Positions 28,763 to 38,551 of a stretch of 60,303 nt of DNA are shown here, in pieces. Source of the DNA: Candidatus Zambryskiibacteriota bacterium (GTDB lineage Bacteria; Patescibacteriota; Minisyncoccia; Phycocordibacterales; DATDWN01); contig PPGI01000010.1 of NCBI GenBank assembly GCA_003173855.1, forward strand, positions 1 to 60,303, written 5' to 3'. The translations under genes were made by a program, and so were the position numbers. Below the pieces are notes generated by a model, which made no database searches, was not told the origin of the DNA, and worked only from the letters and a program-made list of their open reading frames with translations. Every line of letters starts with the position of its first letter. Positions within the stretch are counted from its first letter, which is position 1.

Positions 28763-29662
28763 ATGTCCATTAACTTAACTGATGAAAAAATAAAGTTCCT
28801 TGAAGAAAAAGCAAAAGATATTCGCATTTCGATAATCGAAATGCTTGTAGCTGCTGGTTCCGGACATTCTGCTGGACCTCTTGGTATGGCAGATATTTTT
28901 GCCACACTTTATTTTTTTATTTTGCGGCATGATCCAAAAAAACCAGATTGGGAAGGACGCGACAGGCTAATTCTTTCAAATGGTCATATAAACCCAGTTT
29001 TATATTCAACAATGGCCCATGCTGGTTATTTTCCTGTTGCAGAACTTTTGACATTACGGAAATTTGGTACACGTTTGCAGGGTCATCCTCACCGCGAATA
29101 TCTTCCGATGCTAGAGACATCATCTGGCCCGCTTGGTTCGGGGCTTTCACAAGCTGTTGGTATGGCAATTGCTGACAGAATGGATCACGGAAAAACCTCG
29201 GACAGATTTTTTTATTGCTTAATGTCAGATGGTGAGCTAGATGAGGGACAAAGTTGGGAAGCAATGCTTCTTGCTGCGCGAGAAAAACTTGGCAATTTAA
29301 TTGTAATAGTTGACCGAAACAATATTCAAATTGATGGCAACACAGAAGATGTGATGCCTTTGGAAAAATTGTCGCACAAATTCGAAAGTTTTAATTTCCA
29401 TGTCGAAGAAATTGATGGTCATGACTATCGTGCAATTGCTGAAGCTGTTGGCCGAGCTCAAGCGGTTTTTGATGGGCCATCAGTGATTATTGCGAGGACT
29501 ATTCCAGGGAAAGGAGTGTCATTTATGGAACGAGATTACAAGTGGCATGGTTCTCCGCCGGGAACAGAGATGGCAGGTGAGCCGCCAAAAGACGAACAGG
29601 CAAAGATTGCATTGCATGATCTTAGAACTTTAGGAGGACAAATAACAAGTGAACACGAATGA
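28763..29662 (+). CDS. Transketolase N-terminal (TPP-binding) subunit
   Basis: SGHSAG, RDRLILSNGH, LQGHP, SGPLGSGLS, SDGELDEGQSWEA, KWHG. Confidence 0.95.
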   Translation: MSINLTDEKIKFLEEKAKDIRISIIEMLVAAGSGHSAGPLGMADIFATLYFFILRHDPKKPDWEGRDRLILSNGHINPVLYSTMAHAGYFPVAELLTLRKFGTRLQGHPHREYLPMLETSSGPLGSGLSQAVGMAIADRMDHGKTSDRFFYCLMSDGELDEGQSWEAMLLAAREKLGNLIVIVDRNNIQIDGNTEDVMPLEKLSHKFESFNFHVEEIDGHDYRAIAEAVGRAQAVFDGPSVIIARTIPGKGVSFMERDYKWHGSPPGTEMAGEPPKDEQAKIALHDLRTLGGQITSEHE

Positions 29663-30657
29663 TAAATCAATCGCAAAAATTAAATCCGAAACTTTTTGAT
29701 AAAAAAGTCGACGAAGTGCCGATAAGGAAAGGTTTTGGACAAGGTTTGCTTGAAATCGGCGAAAAAAATCCGAAAGTTGTTGGACTTTGCGCAGATTTGA
29801 CTGAATCAACACAGATGCATTTGTTTCGAAATAAATTTCCAAATCGATTTGTGGAAATTGGTGTGGCTGAACAAAATCTTGCAGGTGTGGCAAGCGGAAT
29901 GTCAGCAATGGGGAAAATTCCGTACATTTCAAGTTATGCCATGTTTTCTCCGGGGCGAAACTGGGAACAGATTCGTACGACAATTTGCTATAATGACAGA
30001 CAAGTAATAATTGCTGGATCTCATGCAGGAGTTTCTGTTGGTCCTGACGGCGGAACTCATCAAGCGATCGAAGACATTGCTATTACTCGCGTAATTCCAA
30101 ATATGATTGTTATTTCTCCCTGCGACCATATCGAAGCACGAAAAGCCACTATTGCTGCAGCAGAAACTGGAAAACCAACATACATTCGTTTAGCTCGGGA
30201 AAAAACTCCAGTGATTACAACAAATGAGACTCCTTTTGTTATTGGAAAAGCTCAACTTTTTTATGGAGAACAAAGTGACAGAGCAGACGTAGGAATCGCA
30301 GCAACGGGAGCATTAGTTTACAAAGCACTAAAAGTTGCTGAACAATTATCTAAAGAAAATATAAAAGCTAAATTTCTAAATATTTCAACAATCAAGCCGA
30401 TTGATATTGAACAAGTCGTCTCGCTCGCTAAAACTTGCGGAGCAATTGTTACAGTCGAAGAACATCAAATTCATGGTGGGCTAGGCAGTGCAGTTTCGGA
30501 AGTCGTGACTCAAAATTTTCCAGTTCCAATAGAATTTATAGGGGTCCAAGATAAATTTGGTCAATCCGGTACTCCAGATGAACTTTTAGAGCATTATGGA
30601 ATGGGCGAGTCACATATTTTTGCCGCAGCTAAGAAGGTTATTGGAAGAAAGTCTTAA
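29659..30657 (+). CDS. Transketolase C-terminal subunit
   Basis: ADLTES, EIGVAEQN, GPDGGTHQAIED, VEEHQ..GGLGS. Confidence 0.95.
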   Translation: MINQSQKLNPKLFDKKVDEVPIRKGFGQGLLEIGEKNPKVVGLCADLTESTQMHLFRNKFPNRFVEIGVAEQNLAGVASGMSAMGKIPYISSYAMFSPGRNWEQIRTTICYNDRQVIIAGSHAGVSVGPDGGTHQAIEDIAITRVIPNMIVISPCDHIEARKATIAAAETGKPTYIRLAREKTPVITTNETPFVIGKAQLFYGEQSDRADVGIAATGALVYKALKVAEQLSKENIKAKFLNISTIKPIDIEQVVSLAKTCGAIVTVEEHQIHGGLGSAVSEVVTQNFPVPIEFIGVQDKFGQSGTPDELLEHYGMGESHIFAAAKKVIGRKS

Positions 30658-30685
30658 TTATGGTAGTTTAATCGCGGAGGTTTGT

Positions 30686-31036
30686 ATGACTGGAGTAACC
30701 CCAGGAATCTATCGTCATTTCAAAGGCAATTTGTATTTTGTTTTCGGTCTTATCTTTGATGGTAATGATCCGACAAACGAAGGTAAAGCTTTTGTTCAGT
30801 ATCACCCATTATACCAAGTTGAAAACATTGGATGGAGATACAGAACACCGACAGATTTTACAGAACAGGTTGTGCGAGAAGGATATTCAGGTCCAAGATT
30901 TACAAAAATCGAGGATTTGAAAGAGGTCCCAGATTCAGCTGGAACAATTTTTGATAAATTGGGAATTCGAGGGCCTGGTGGAACTTGGTCAGTCAGTTTT
31001 ACATTCTGGCCTCAATATTCATTGGTTTCTAAATGA
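30686..31036 (+). CDS. DUF1653 family protein
   Basis: GIYRHFKGNLY..V.Y..LY..W.R...F....PRF; SD ggagg. Confidence 0.8.
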   Translation: MTGVTPGIYRHFKGNLYFVFGLIFDGNDPTNEGKAFVQYHPLYQVENIGWRYRTPTDFTEQVVREGYSGPRFTKIEDLKEVPDSAGTIFDKLGIRGPGGTWSVSFTFWPQYSLVSK

Positions 31037-31040
31037 CAAT

Positions 31041-31064
31041 AGGCGCGGAGAGATCCGCGCCTTT
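31041..31064 (+). terminator. Intrinsic terminator-like hairpin
   Basis: AGGCGCGGA-GAGA-TCCGCGCCT-TT. Confidence 0.65.
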
Positions 31065-31214
31065 GACTTTAATAAATTTTAGTATTTAATTAAACCAGAA
31101 CTTTTATTTACCAAAATTCTTTGGTAAATGGTATTTTATTTGGAAGGAGAAAAGATAACAAAAGTATCAGCCTAACAGGTTTGCCGCGCACGAAATATGT
31201 GCGCGGTTCGTCTT

Positions 31215-32204
31215 TTATATTGTCTTTATTTTATAAATTTCAGGAGCCTTGTTTAAAAATTCTTCTAATTTTTCTCTTGATAAGAGGCCTTTTTGAGCAC
31301 CGACTTGAAGCACAACTGACATGGCATTAATTGGTCCCCAAGTTAGAGCTTCTTCGATTGATTTGCCAACAGTAAGTGCTGAAATTATTGTAGAAAAGAA
31401 AGCGTCACCGGCACCAGTTCTCTCAAAAGGTGTGTGAGGGTACACGGGAATAAACAAATATAAGTCCCGATCTTTCTCATATGCATATGCTCCTTCAAAA
31501 CCATCGGTAATAAAAACGTATTTTGGTCCGAGATTGGACATTTCTTTCAGTAGTTTTTTAACATCGCGATCTTTTTCTCCCAGTATTCTTTGCGCTTCCT
31601 CGACATTTATACAAATTGCATTAGCTTGAGAATAAATAAAAGAAAGTTTTTCCTTTCCTTGCTTCATGTCAAAAACTCCTGGTTGAAAAGCAAGATTAAT
31701 ATTTGGATGGGCTTGTAAATATTTTGAAATTTGCTGGTACATTTCAAATGAATGCTCACCAAGAGAGCTTAGATAAATCCATTTTGGTTCACCGATGTCT
31801 CCCAATTGGTAATTGAACTGTTCGTGTTTGACTAGAATTGTTCTGTCAACATCGTACCAGAGCACGTAGTGATAGTTTGTTTTCTTTCCATCTTCTGTTC
31901 GAACAAAATCAAGGTTTACATTGTTTGATTTAAGCGACTCAATACAATCTTTGCCGTTTTGATCATTGCCAACGTATGTTAAAAGCGCTGAATTGAGTCC
32001 AAGTCGTGCTGCTGAAACTGAGGCGTTTGCTGCATTTCCAACGGCATTGCAAATTTCAACAGATTCATATGGGACTTTGTCGCCATATCGAACAGCTAGT
32101 TTGCAGTTTTGTTTATTTTCATCACAGATAACTTCCACATCTTGAAGTTTAATAAATGCATCAATCACTACATCTCCGATAGCCAGAATTTCTAAGTTTG
32201 CCAT
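31215..32204 (-). CDS. PfkB-family carbohydrate kinase
   Basis: VGNAANASVSAARLG, ITDG.EGA, ERTGAGDAF. Confidence 0.9.
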   Translation of the reverse strand: MANLEILAIGDVVIDAFIKLQDVEVICDENKQNCKLAVRYGDKVPYESVEICNAVGNAANASVSAARLGLNSALLTYVGNDQNGKDCIESLKSNNVNLDFVRTEDGKKTNYHYVLWYDVDRTILVKHEQFNYQLGDIGEPKWIYLSSLGEHSFEMYQQISKYLQAHPNINLAFQPGVFDMKQGKEKLSFIYSQANAICINVEEAQRILGEKDRDVKKLLKEMSNLGPKYVFITDGFEGAYAYEKDRDLYLFIPVYPHTPFERTGAGDAFFSTIISALTVGKSIEEALTWGPINAMSVVLQVGAQKGLLSREKLEEFLNKAPEIYKIKTI

Positions 32205-32250
32205 TTAAAAATTATAGCATGATCAAATTTTAATGTGCTACAATAAAACT

Positions 32251-33117
32251 ATGAAAACATTGAGAGAGATTGTTCTGGACGCAAGAAATCGAAAAGTTGC
32301 TGTTGGCCATTTCAATATTTCTAATCTTGAAACATTGTGGGGAATTTTTAACGCTGCAAAGGGCCTCGATGTTCCAGTTATTATCGGAGTTTCGGAAGGC
32401 GAGCGTGATTTTATCGGGGTTCCACAAGTTGTTGCTTTAGTAAAAAGTTTCCACGAGGAATTTGATTATCCGATTTATCTAAATGCTGATCACACATATT
32501 CGTTTGATAAGGTAAAAGTGGCTATTGATGCAGGTTTTGATAGTGTTATTTTTGATGGAGCAAAACTTGAGTTCGAAGATAATATAAAACAAACAAAACA
32601 ATGTGTTGAATATGCTCGAAGTACTGGTCGAGATGTTTTAGTTGAAGGAGAGCTTGGTTTTATAGGAGTTTCTTCAAAAATTTTGGATGCTGTGCCAGAA
32701 GGAGTTGATTTATCAGAAAAATCGCTGACTGATCCGGAAAAAGCTAAACAATTTGTCGAACAAACAGGTATTGATATGTTAGCACCTGCTGTTGGAAACT
32801 TTCACGGCATGCTTCGCGGTGGAGTTGATCCAAAATTAAATATCGAACGTATTAAGGCCATTTCCCAGACTATAGGAATCCCTCTTGTACTTCACGGAGG
32901 TTCAGGAAATCAGGAGGATGATTTTCGTGGAGCAATCGCAAATGGTATGGCGATAATTCACATTAACACCGAAATTCGTGCTGCTTACAAACAGGGATTA
33001 AAAATAGGGTTAAATGAAAATCCTGACGAAATTGCTCCGTATAAATTCCTAAAACCAGCAGTAAAAGCAGTCCAAGATGTGGCTGAGAAAAAACTGAGAG
33101 TATTCAACAATCTTTAA
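32251..33117 (+). CDS. fba: Class II fructose-bisphosphate aldolase
   Basis: FNISNLE, NADHT, DSVIFDG, VEGELG, GNFHG, LVLHGGSG, HINTE. Confidence 0.92.
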   Translation: MKTLREIVLDARNRKVAVGHFNISNLETLWGIFNAAKGLDVPVIIGVSEGERDFIGVPQVVALVKSFHEEFDYPIYLNADHTYSFDKVKVAIDAGFDSVIFDGAKLEFEDNIKQTKQCVEYARSTGRDVLVEGELGFIGVSSKILDAVPEGVDLSEKSLTDPEKAKQFVEQTGIDMLAPAVGNFHGMLRGGVDPKLNIERIKAISQTIGIPLVLHGGSGNQEDDFRGAIANGMAIIHINTEIRAAYKQGLKIGLNENPDEIAPYKFLKPAVKAVQDVAEKKLRVFNNL

Positions 33118-33247
33118 TCAAGTCTCTTATTCACTATGACTTTTTCATCACCGGAATAATTTTTTGCTAAAAATTTTCCTCGCGCTCGTGTCTTCACGCA
33201 CTCCGTGATGCGCTGAAAAAGTCATAGCTCAACGAGACTTGATTAAA
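33113..33247 (-). repeat. Palindromic intergenic element, family 2
   Basis: Perfect 14-bp IR TTTAATCAAGTCTC/GAGACTTGATTAAA overlapping the fba stop; interior matches 24686-24805 in reverse. Confidence 0.9.
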
Positions 33248-33273
33248 TCGATTTTTTCTATTATACTCTCGAA

Positions 33274-33924
33274 ATGTTAACTTTGGATGCTACAAAGCGA
33301 GATAATAAGGAAAACCTAGAAAAACTGCGAAAAGCCGGCAAAATTCCTGCTGTTTTTTACGGTAAAAAGACTCCATCAACGCCGATAACTTTGGCAATGA
33401 AGGATTTTATTAAGGTTTGGCATAAAGCTGGAGAATCATCTGTTGTTACTATAAAAACTCCAGAGGGAAGTGTTGATACATTGATTCATGATGTTGATAT
33501 TGACCCAGTTCACGACACTCCTCGCCATGCAGATTTTTATGTTTTCGAAAAAGGAAAGAAACTTGAAGTTTCTGTTCCTCTTGAATTCGTTGGCACTTCT
33601 CCAGCCGTTAAAGATCTTGGTGGAATTTTAATTAAAGCTTTGCACGAATTAAAAATTTCTGCTGAACCTACAAATATTCCACATAATTTGGAAGTAGACA
33701 TTTCTCCTCTAGCTCAACTTGGGGATACTATCGTGGCAAGTTCGGTTAAATTGCCAGCAGGTGTGACATTAGTTGAAAACGCAGGTGAAGTTGTAGCTTC
33801 AGCAGTTGCTCCAAAGGAAGAAAAAGAAGAGGAACCAGTTGATTTGTCAGCGATTGAAGTAGAGAAGAAGGGTAAAATCGAAGAGCCTAAAGAAGCAGAG
33901 GCCACTCAGGCAAAACAAGAGTAA
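33274..33924 (+). CDS. rplY: 50S ribosomal protein L25 (CTC-type)
   Basis: LR..GKIPAVFYG, DPV.D.P.HADF, VSVPL.FVG.SPAVK.GG, IP..LEVDIS. Confidence 0.93.
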   Translation: MLTLDATKRDNKENLEKLRKAGKIPAVFYGKKTPSTPITLAMKDFIKVWHKAGESSVVTIKTPEGSVDTLIHDVDIDPVHDTPRHADFYVFEKGKKLEVSVPLEFVGTSPAVKDLGGILIKALHELKISAEPTNIPHNLEVDISPLAQLGDTIVASSVKLPAGVTLVENAGEVVASAVAPKEEKEEEPVDLSAIEVEKKGKIEEPKEAEATQAKQE

Positions 33925-33969
33925 TTTAGGTCATTTCAAATCGTCTCTATTTGCGTGTATAATTTAGAT

Positions 33970-35358
33970 ATGCGGAGACGGTTATTTTTATTCCCAAAAA
34001 GATATTTTTTTGTAATTTGTTTAGTGATATTTACGGTTTTAGCGGGTAAGGTCGAAGCCTTAACCCAAGCTGAACAGGAAGCCGAATGGCAGGCAGAACT
34101 ACAACAAACTGAGGCAGATATTGCTAAATGGCAGTCGATTTTGGATAGTACCAAAGCAAACACCAAATCTCTTAAAGGTGAGGCGGCAATTTTGACTGCC
34201 AAAATTAACCAAGCAAAAGCTTTTATTAAGCAAAAAAACATTGAAATTGCCAAACTTGAGAAAGATATTGAGGCAAAAAATGAGCACATCCAGACTTTGC
34301 AGGAAAAAATTAATACCGGGCATGATTCACTAGCCCAGCTTTTGCGAAAGACAAACGAAATAGACAATTTTACTCTTCCCGAAGTGGTTTTAAGCAGGAC
34401 AAATCTTTCAGATTTTTTTAGTGATGTTCAGACTTTTCAATCAGTTAACCGTTCTCTAGATGATTTATTTATTCAAATTCGCGGATTGCAATCGCAAACT
34501 GAACAAGAAAAAGCAGCGCTTGACAAGCAAAAAGATAAAGAAACTGACACAAAAGTCGCTGCTCAACACGAGCAAGCCCAAATTCAAGCTGATGAAACCC
34601 AAAAGGAATATTTGATTAAGGTAAGTCAGACAAATGAAAAAACTTACGCTCAAGTGGTAGCAGATAAGCAGGCTCAAGCAGCAAAAATCCGTGCAGCACT
34701 CTTTGCGTTGCGTGACACGGCCTCGATTTCTTTCGGTGATGCTCTTAAATATGCCCAAGAGGCAAGTGCAAAAACTGGTGTTCGTCCAGCGTTCTTGCTC
34801 GCTATTATTACTCAAGAATCAAATCTTGGACAAAATGTCGGATCTTGTTTTGTTACCAATTCTGATACTGGAGATGGTGTAGGAAAAAATACAGGAACAA
34901 TTTTCCAGCAAGTGATGAAAGCTCCACGCGACACAGTGCCATTTCTATCAATTACAAATAGGTTGGGCAGAGATTGGAAATCCACCCCCGTTTCTTGTCC
35001 GCTTGGTGTAAATTATTCTGCAAGTCGAGGATATGGTGGGGGTATGGGACCATCACAGTTTATTCCGTCCACTTGGGAATTATTTAAGGACGAAGTTGGA
35101 GGTATGCTTGGAATTGCTGCTGATAGTGCTGATCCTTGGAATCCAGAGCACTCATTTATGGCCACAGCAATTTATATGCAGCAACTCGGAGCAGTTTCTG
35201 GATCGTACAGTGCGGAACGAAATGCAGCCTGTAAATATTATTCCGGATCCGCCTGTTCTTCGACAAGGAGACCGCCAAATATTTCTTATGGGAATTCTGT
35301 GATGAGTATTGCCGAGAAGATTCAGACAACCATGATTGACCCTCTACAAAACTTGTAA
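33970..35358 (+). CDS. Secreted coiled-coil protein with C-terminal lytic murein transglycosylase domain
   Basis: Signal peptide, long heptad region, LAIITQESNLG catalytic Glu, GGMGPSQFIPSTW, ADPWN. Confidence 0.85.
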   Translation: MRRRLFLFPKRYFFVICLVIFTVLAGKVEALTQAEQEAEWQAELQQTEADIAKWQSILDSTKANTKSLKGEAAILTAKINQAKAFIKQKNIEIAKLEKDIEAKNEHIQTLQEKINTGHDSLAQLLRKTNEIDNFTLPEVVLSRTNLSDFFSDVQTFQSVNRSLDDLFIQIRGLQSQTEQEKAALDKQKDKETDTKVAAQHEQAQIQADETQKEYLIKVSQTNEKTYAQVVADKQAQAAKIRAALFALRDTASISFGDALKYAQEASAKTGVRPAFLLAIITQESNLGQNVGSCFVTNSDTGDGVGKNTGTIFQQVMKAPRDTVPFLSITNRLGRDWKSTPVSCPLGVNYSASRGYGGGMGPSQFIPSTWELFKDEVGGMLGIAADSADPWNPEHSFMATAIYMQQLGAVSGSYSAERNAACKYYSGSACSSTRRPPNISYGNSVMSIAEKIQTTMIDPLQNL

Positions 35359-35390
35359 AAACAAGTCTTTTTTGGTAGTGTATTTGAGCA

Positions 35391-35654
35391 ATGAAAAAGG
35401 AAATACATCCACAAAATTACAGACCAGTCCTATTTATCGACAACTCAAATGACGCAGAGTTCGTTATTTCATCAACTGTAAATACGACCGAAACTGGTAA
35501 GGCAAAGGATGGCAAAACATATCCACTATATAGGCTTGAAATCACAAGTGCTTCGCATCCATTTTATACTGGAACAGAAAAGGCACTCGACACCGCAGGA
35601 AGAGCAGAACGGTTCCGAGCAAAGCAAGCTAAATCACAGAAATCAAAAAAATAA
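35391..35654 (+). CDS. rpmE2: 50S ribosomal protein L31 type B (Zn-free)
   Basis: MKKEIHP.NY, LEITSASHPFYTG, DTAGR.ERF; no Cys. Confidence 0.95.
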   Translation: MKKEIHPQNYRPVLFIDNSNDAEFVISSTVNTTETGKAKDGKTYPLYRLEITSASHPFYTGTEKALDTAGRAERFRAKQAKSQKSKK

Positions 35655-35752
35655 CCTCATCTACTTTGTTGCAGTTCAATTTTTCTCGTTCACCTTACTA
35701 CATGTAAGGCTCACTCGAAAAATTTCCTGCGCCTAGTATCTGAGGCTATTTT
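35648..35752 (+). repeat. Palindromic intergenic element, family 1
   Basis: cctcat..gttgcagttc..tttttctc.ttcacc..ctcactcg..tcctgcgcctag.atctgaggc, collinear with 7569-7687. Confidence 0.9.
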
Positions 35753-35787
35753 ATTAATTTCTGATTATTACTTGTATAATTAATTGA

Positions 35788-36765
35788 ATGGATCTAGAAA
35801 AATTCCAAAATAATCCAAAAACTTCTTATCTTGTTTCTGAATACAAGCGTCTTTTGACGCAAGAAGAAGAAACAAAGAAAATGATAGAGAGTGATCCGAC
35901 TCTGCGTGATTTGGCGCACGGAGAACTTGAGGAATTACGTGTACAAAAAGAAAATTTGATGCAACAAATGCAAGATATTGTTAGTGACGAAGAAAAAGAA
36001 GATGAATTTCCAAACGAAATTATTCTTGAAGTTCGTGCCGGTGCCGGTGGAGAAGAAGCATCTCTTTTTGCCGAAGAACTTGCCAGTATGTATACAAAAT
36101 ATGCCCAAAACCAAGGTTGGAGAGTCTCAAAAATTGACGAGTCACAAAGTGCAGTTGGGGGATACAAGGAAGCTTCTTTTGAGATTCGTGGCAAGGATGT
36201 TTATAAACAATTACGTTTTGAAACCGGAGTCCATCGTGTTCAACGTGTGCCAGCCACAGAAAAGATTGGTCGGGTGCACACTTCAACAGCATCAGTTGCT
36301 ATTCTTCCAGTTCGAAAGAAAACCTCTGTTGTTATTAGTCCAGCCGATTTAGAAATCGAAACCTCTCGTTCCGGTGGAGCAGGTGGGCAGAATGTAAACA
36401 AAGTAGAAACTGCTGTGCGTATTATTCATAAGCCAACTGGGATTGATGTCCGCTCGACTGCCGAAAGAAGCCAACTTAAAAATCGTGAACGGGCAATGTC
36501 CATTCTCCAAGCCAAGTTAGAGCTGAAAAAAGAAGAAGAAGAAGCAGCAAAATATTCTGCTGACAGGAAAAGTCAGATTGGTACAGCAGACAGGTCAGAA
36601 AAGATTAGGACTTATAATATTTTGCAGGACAGAATTACTGATCATCGCATCAAGCAATCATGGCATAATATTGATCGAATTTTGGAAGGTGGGATTGACC
36701 CTATTGTCGAAGCTCTGGAAAATTTTGATGGAAAGTCGGTTGTAAGTATTGAGGACGAAGAATAA
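35788..36765 (+). CDS. prfA: Peptide chain release factor 1
   Basis: GGQ motif ([11 protein letters not shown]), PAT specificity motif, [11 protein letters not shown]. Confidence 0.95.
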   Translation: MDLEKFQNNPKTSYLVSEYKRLLTQEEETKKMIESDPTLRDLAHGELEELRVQKENLMQQMQDIVSDEEKEDEFPNEIILEVRAGAGGEEASLFAEELASMYTKYAQNQGWRVSKIDESQSAVGGYKEASFEIRGKDVYKQLRFETGVHRVQRVPATEKIGRVHTSTASVAILPVRKKTSVVISPADLEIETSRSGGAGGQNVNKVETAVRIIHKPTGIDVRSTAERSQLKNRERAMSILQAKLELKKEEEEAAKYSADRKSQIGTADRSEKIRTYNILQDRITDHRIKQSWHNIDRILEGGIDPIVEALENFDGKSVVSIEDEE

Positions 36766-36804
36766 TTTGCAACACACAGGTATTTGTGATAAATTGACTC
36801 TTGC

Positions 36805-37524
36805 ATGGCAAAAGCAGAAACAACAGTGAATGGAGAAAACGCCTTGGTTCAAGGCCTTTTTTCTGCTGGGGCACACTTTGGTTTTATAAAATCTCGCCGA
36901 CACCCATCTTCTAAACCTTACATTTATGGAGTTAAAAACAAGATCGAAATATTTGATCTTCTAAAGACCGAGGTCGCTCTTAAAAAAGCTCTAGATTTCG
37001 TTGAATCAATTGCTTCAAAAGGTGGCAAAATTCTCTTAATTTCAGGCAAAAATGAGGCAAAAGAGGCGATTTCGAAGGCTGCAAATGAAATTAGCATGCC
37101 GTATGTTGCAGGACGGTTTATTGGTGGAACTTTGACTAACTTCCCACAAATTAAAAAGCGAGTAGAGAAACTTGAGACACTTGTAGATCAAAAGGAAAAA
37201 GGCGAGCTAAATAAATATACAAAAAAGGAAAGACTTTTGATTGATAGGGAAATTGAAAAATTGAAAGAATTTTTCTCAGGTCTAACTTTAATGAAAAATC
37301 TTCCACACGCTATTTTTGTAGTTGATTCTAAAAAGGAATCAATTGCTGTGAAAGAAGCAAGGACTATGGGTATTCCAGTTATCAGCATTTCTGGAACAGA
37401 TAACAATTTAAATGAAGTTGAATTTCCAATTCCTGGCAATGATTCATCAAAAACATCTATTGAATTTTTCTTAAATCAAATTGTTGAAGCTTACAAGCGT
37501 GGACAATTAAAAAAAGCCGAATAA
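36805..37524 (+). CDS. rpsB: 30S ribosomal protein S2
   Basis: AGAHFG, RFIGGTLTNF, LPHAIFVVD, PIPGND. Confidence 0.96.
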   Translation: MAKAETTVNGENALVQGLFSAGAHFGFIKSRRHPSSKPYIYGVKNKIEIFDLLKTEVALKKALDFVESIASKGGKILLISGKNEAKEAISKAANEISMPYVAGRFIGGTLTNFPQIKKRVEKLETLVDQKEKGELNKYTKKERLLIDREIEKLKEFFSGLTLMKNLPHAIFVVDSKKESIAVKEARTMGIPVISISGTDNNLNEVEFPIPGNDSSKTSIEFFLNQIVEAYKRGQLKKAE

Positions 37525-37527
37525 TTT

Positions 37528-38016
37528 TTGACAAATATGAATATAGGAACAGATCTCGTAAAAAAATTGCGTGACATGACAGGTGTCTCAGTCATGGAAT
37601 GTCGCAAAGCCTTAGAAGAGGCAGCTGGGGATATCGAAAGGGCAAAAGAAGTATTGCTTAAAAAAAGCGCTGGTATGGCCGCTAAAAAGGGCGACAGAAC
37701 TCTTGGGGCAGGTATTGTTGCAAGCTATATTCACACTACCGGAACAGTTGGGGTTATGATAGAATTATTAAGTGAGACAGACTTCGTTGCACAAAACGAA
37801 GAATTTAAAAAACTGGCTCGCGACATAGCAATGCAGATTGCTGCCACTGATCCTCAAGCGATTAGAAAAGAGGATGTAAAAGACGGCAGTGAGGCATTGC
37901 TAGATCAATCATTTATTAAAAATCCACAATTAACGATTGCGAACTTAATTGAAAGTGCGATTCAGAAATTCGGCGAAAGAATAGAAATTGGCAAGTTCGT
38001 TCGTTATTCAATTTAA
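37528..38016 (+). CDS. tsf: Elongation factor Ts (short form)
   Basis: VKKLRDMTG.SVMECRKAL, ELLSETDFVA, MQIAA; 162 aa; follows rpsB. Confidence 0.95.
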   Translation: MTNMNIGTDLVKKLRDMTGVSVMECRKALEEAAGDIERAKEVLLKKSAGMAAKKGDRTLGAGIVASYIHTTGTVGVMIELLSETDFVAQNEEFKKLARDIAMQIAATDPQAIRKEDVKDGSEALLDQSFIKNPQLTIANLIESAIQKFGERIEIGKFVRYSI

Positions 38017-38023
38017 AATTATT

Positions 38024-38392
38024 ATGAATACAGCTATTGTGTTGTTTTTTGCATCTCTAGTAGGAATCTGCGGGATGCTTGCCTGGAAAGCTTTTGAAAT
38101 CAAGGTTAAAAGAATTCACTTTATTTCAAATCTATTCAGAAAAGGAGATGAAATTGTTCACAATTTTGAAAATAAACTAGAGTTAAAATATAAGCGATAT
38201 GAAATGATCGCAAACCTTTTTGTTTTTGATTTCGTGCCAGCTTACGCTTATGAAAAATTAGTCAAAATGAAAGACTATGTGGCTAAGAAATACTATATGA
38301 CTGGTGAAGGCTTTCGTGGCCGACGAGTATTGCGATCTGATGGGTCGGTTTCTTTCTTTCTTGAGCAACTTTCAGACGAAAAAGTTAAATAA
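38024..38392 (+). CDS. Hypothetical membrane protein
   Basis: N-terminal TM, 122 aa, co-oriented with rpsB-tsf. Confidence 0.65.
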   Translation: MNTAIVLFFASLVGICGMLAWKAFEIKVKRIHFISNLFRKGDEIVHNFENKLELKYKRYEMIANLFVFDFVPAYAYEKLVKMKDYVAKKYYMTGEGFRGRRVLRSDGSVSFFLEQLSDEKVK

Positions 38393-38439
38393 TTCCAAAA
38401 TTACCTCATCCTGCATTTGAGGCAATTTTGAAATTATTT
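38387..38439. repeat. Collapsed family 1 element (termini only)
   Basis: aaataattccaaaattacctca / tgaggcaattttgaaattattt, 20 of 22 complementary, same cctca/tgagg junction as 7569 and 35648. Confidence 0.75.
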
Positions 38440-38478
38440 GAAAATTATAGGAAATCGTGCTAACTTTAAAGGGTTTTC

Positions 38479-38551
38479 GCCACCTTAGCTCAGTTGGTAG
38501 AGCAGCCGTTTTGTAAACGGCAGGTCGTCAGTTCAAGCCTGACAGGTGGCT
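38479..38551 (+). tRNA. tRNA-Thr (TGT)
   Basis: GCCACCT/AGGTGGC acceptor, GCCGT-TT-TGT-AA-ACGGC anticodon arm, GTCAG-TTCAAGC-CTGAC T arm. Confidence 0.95.
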
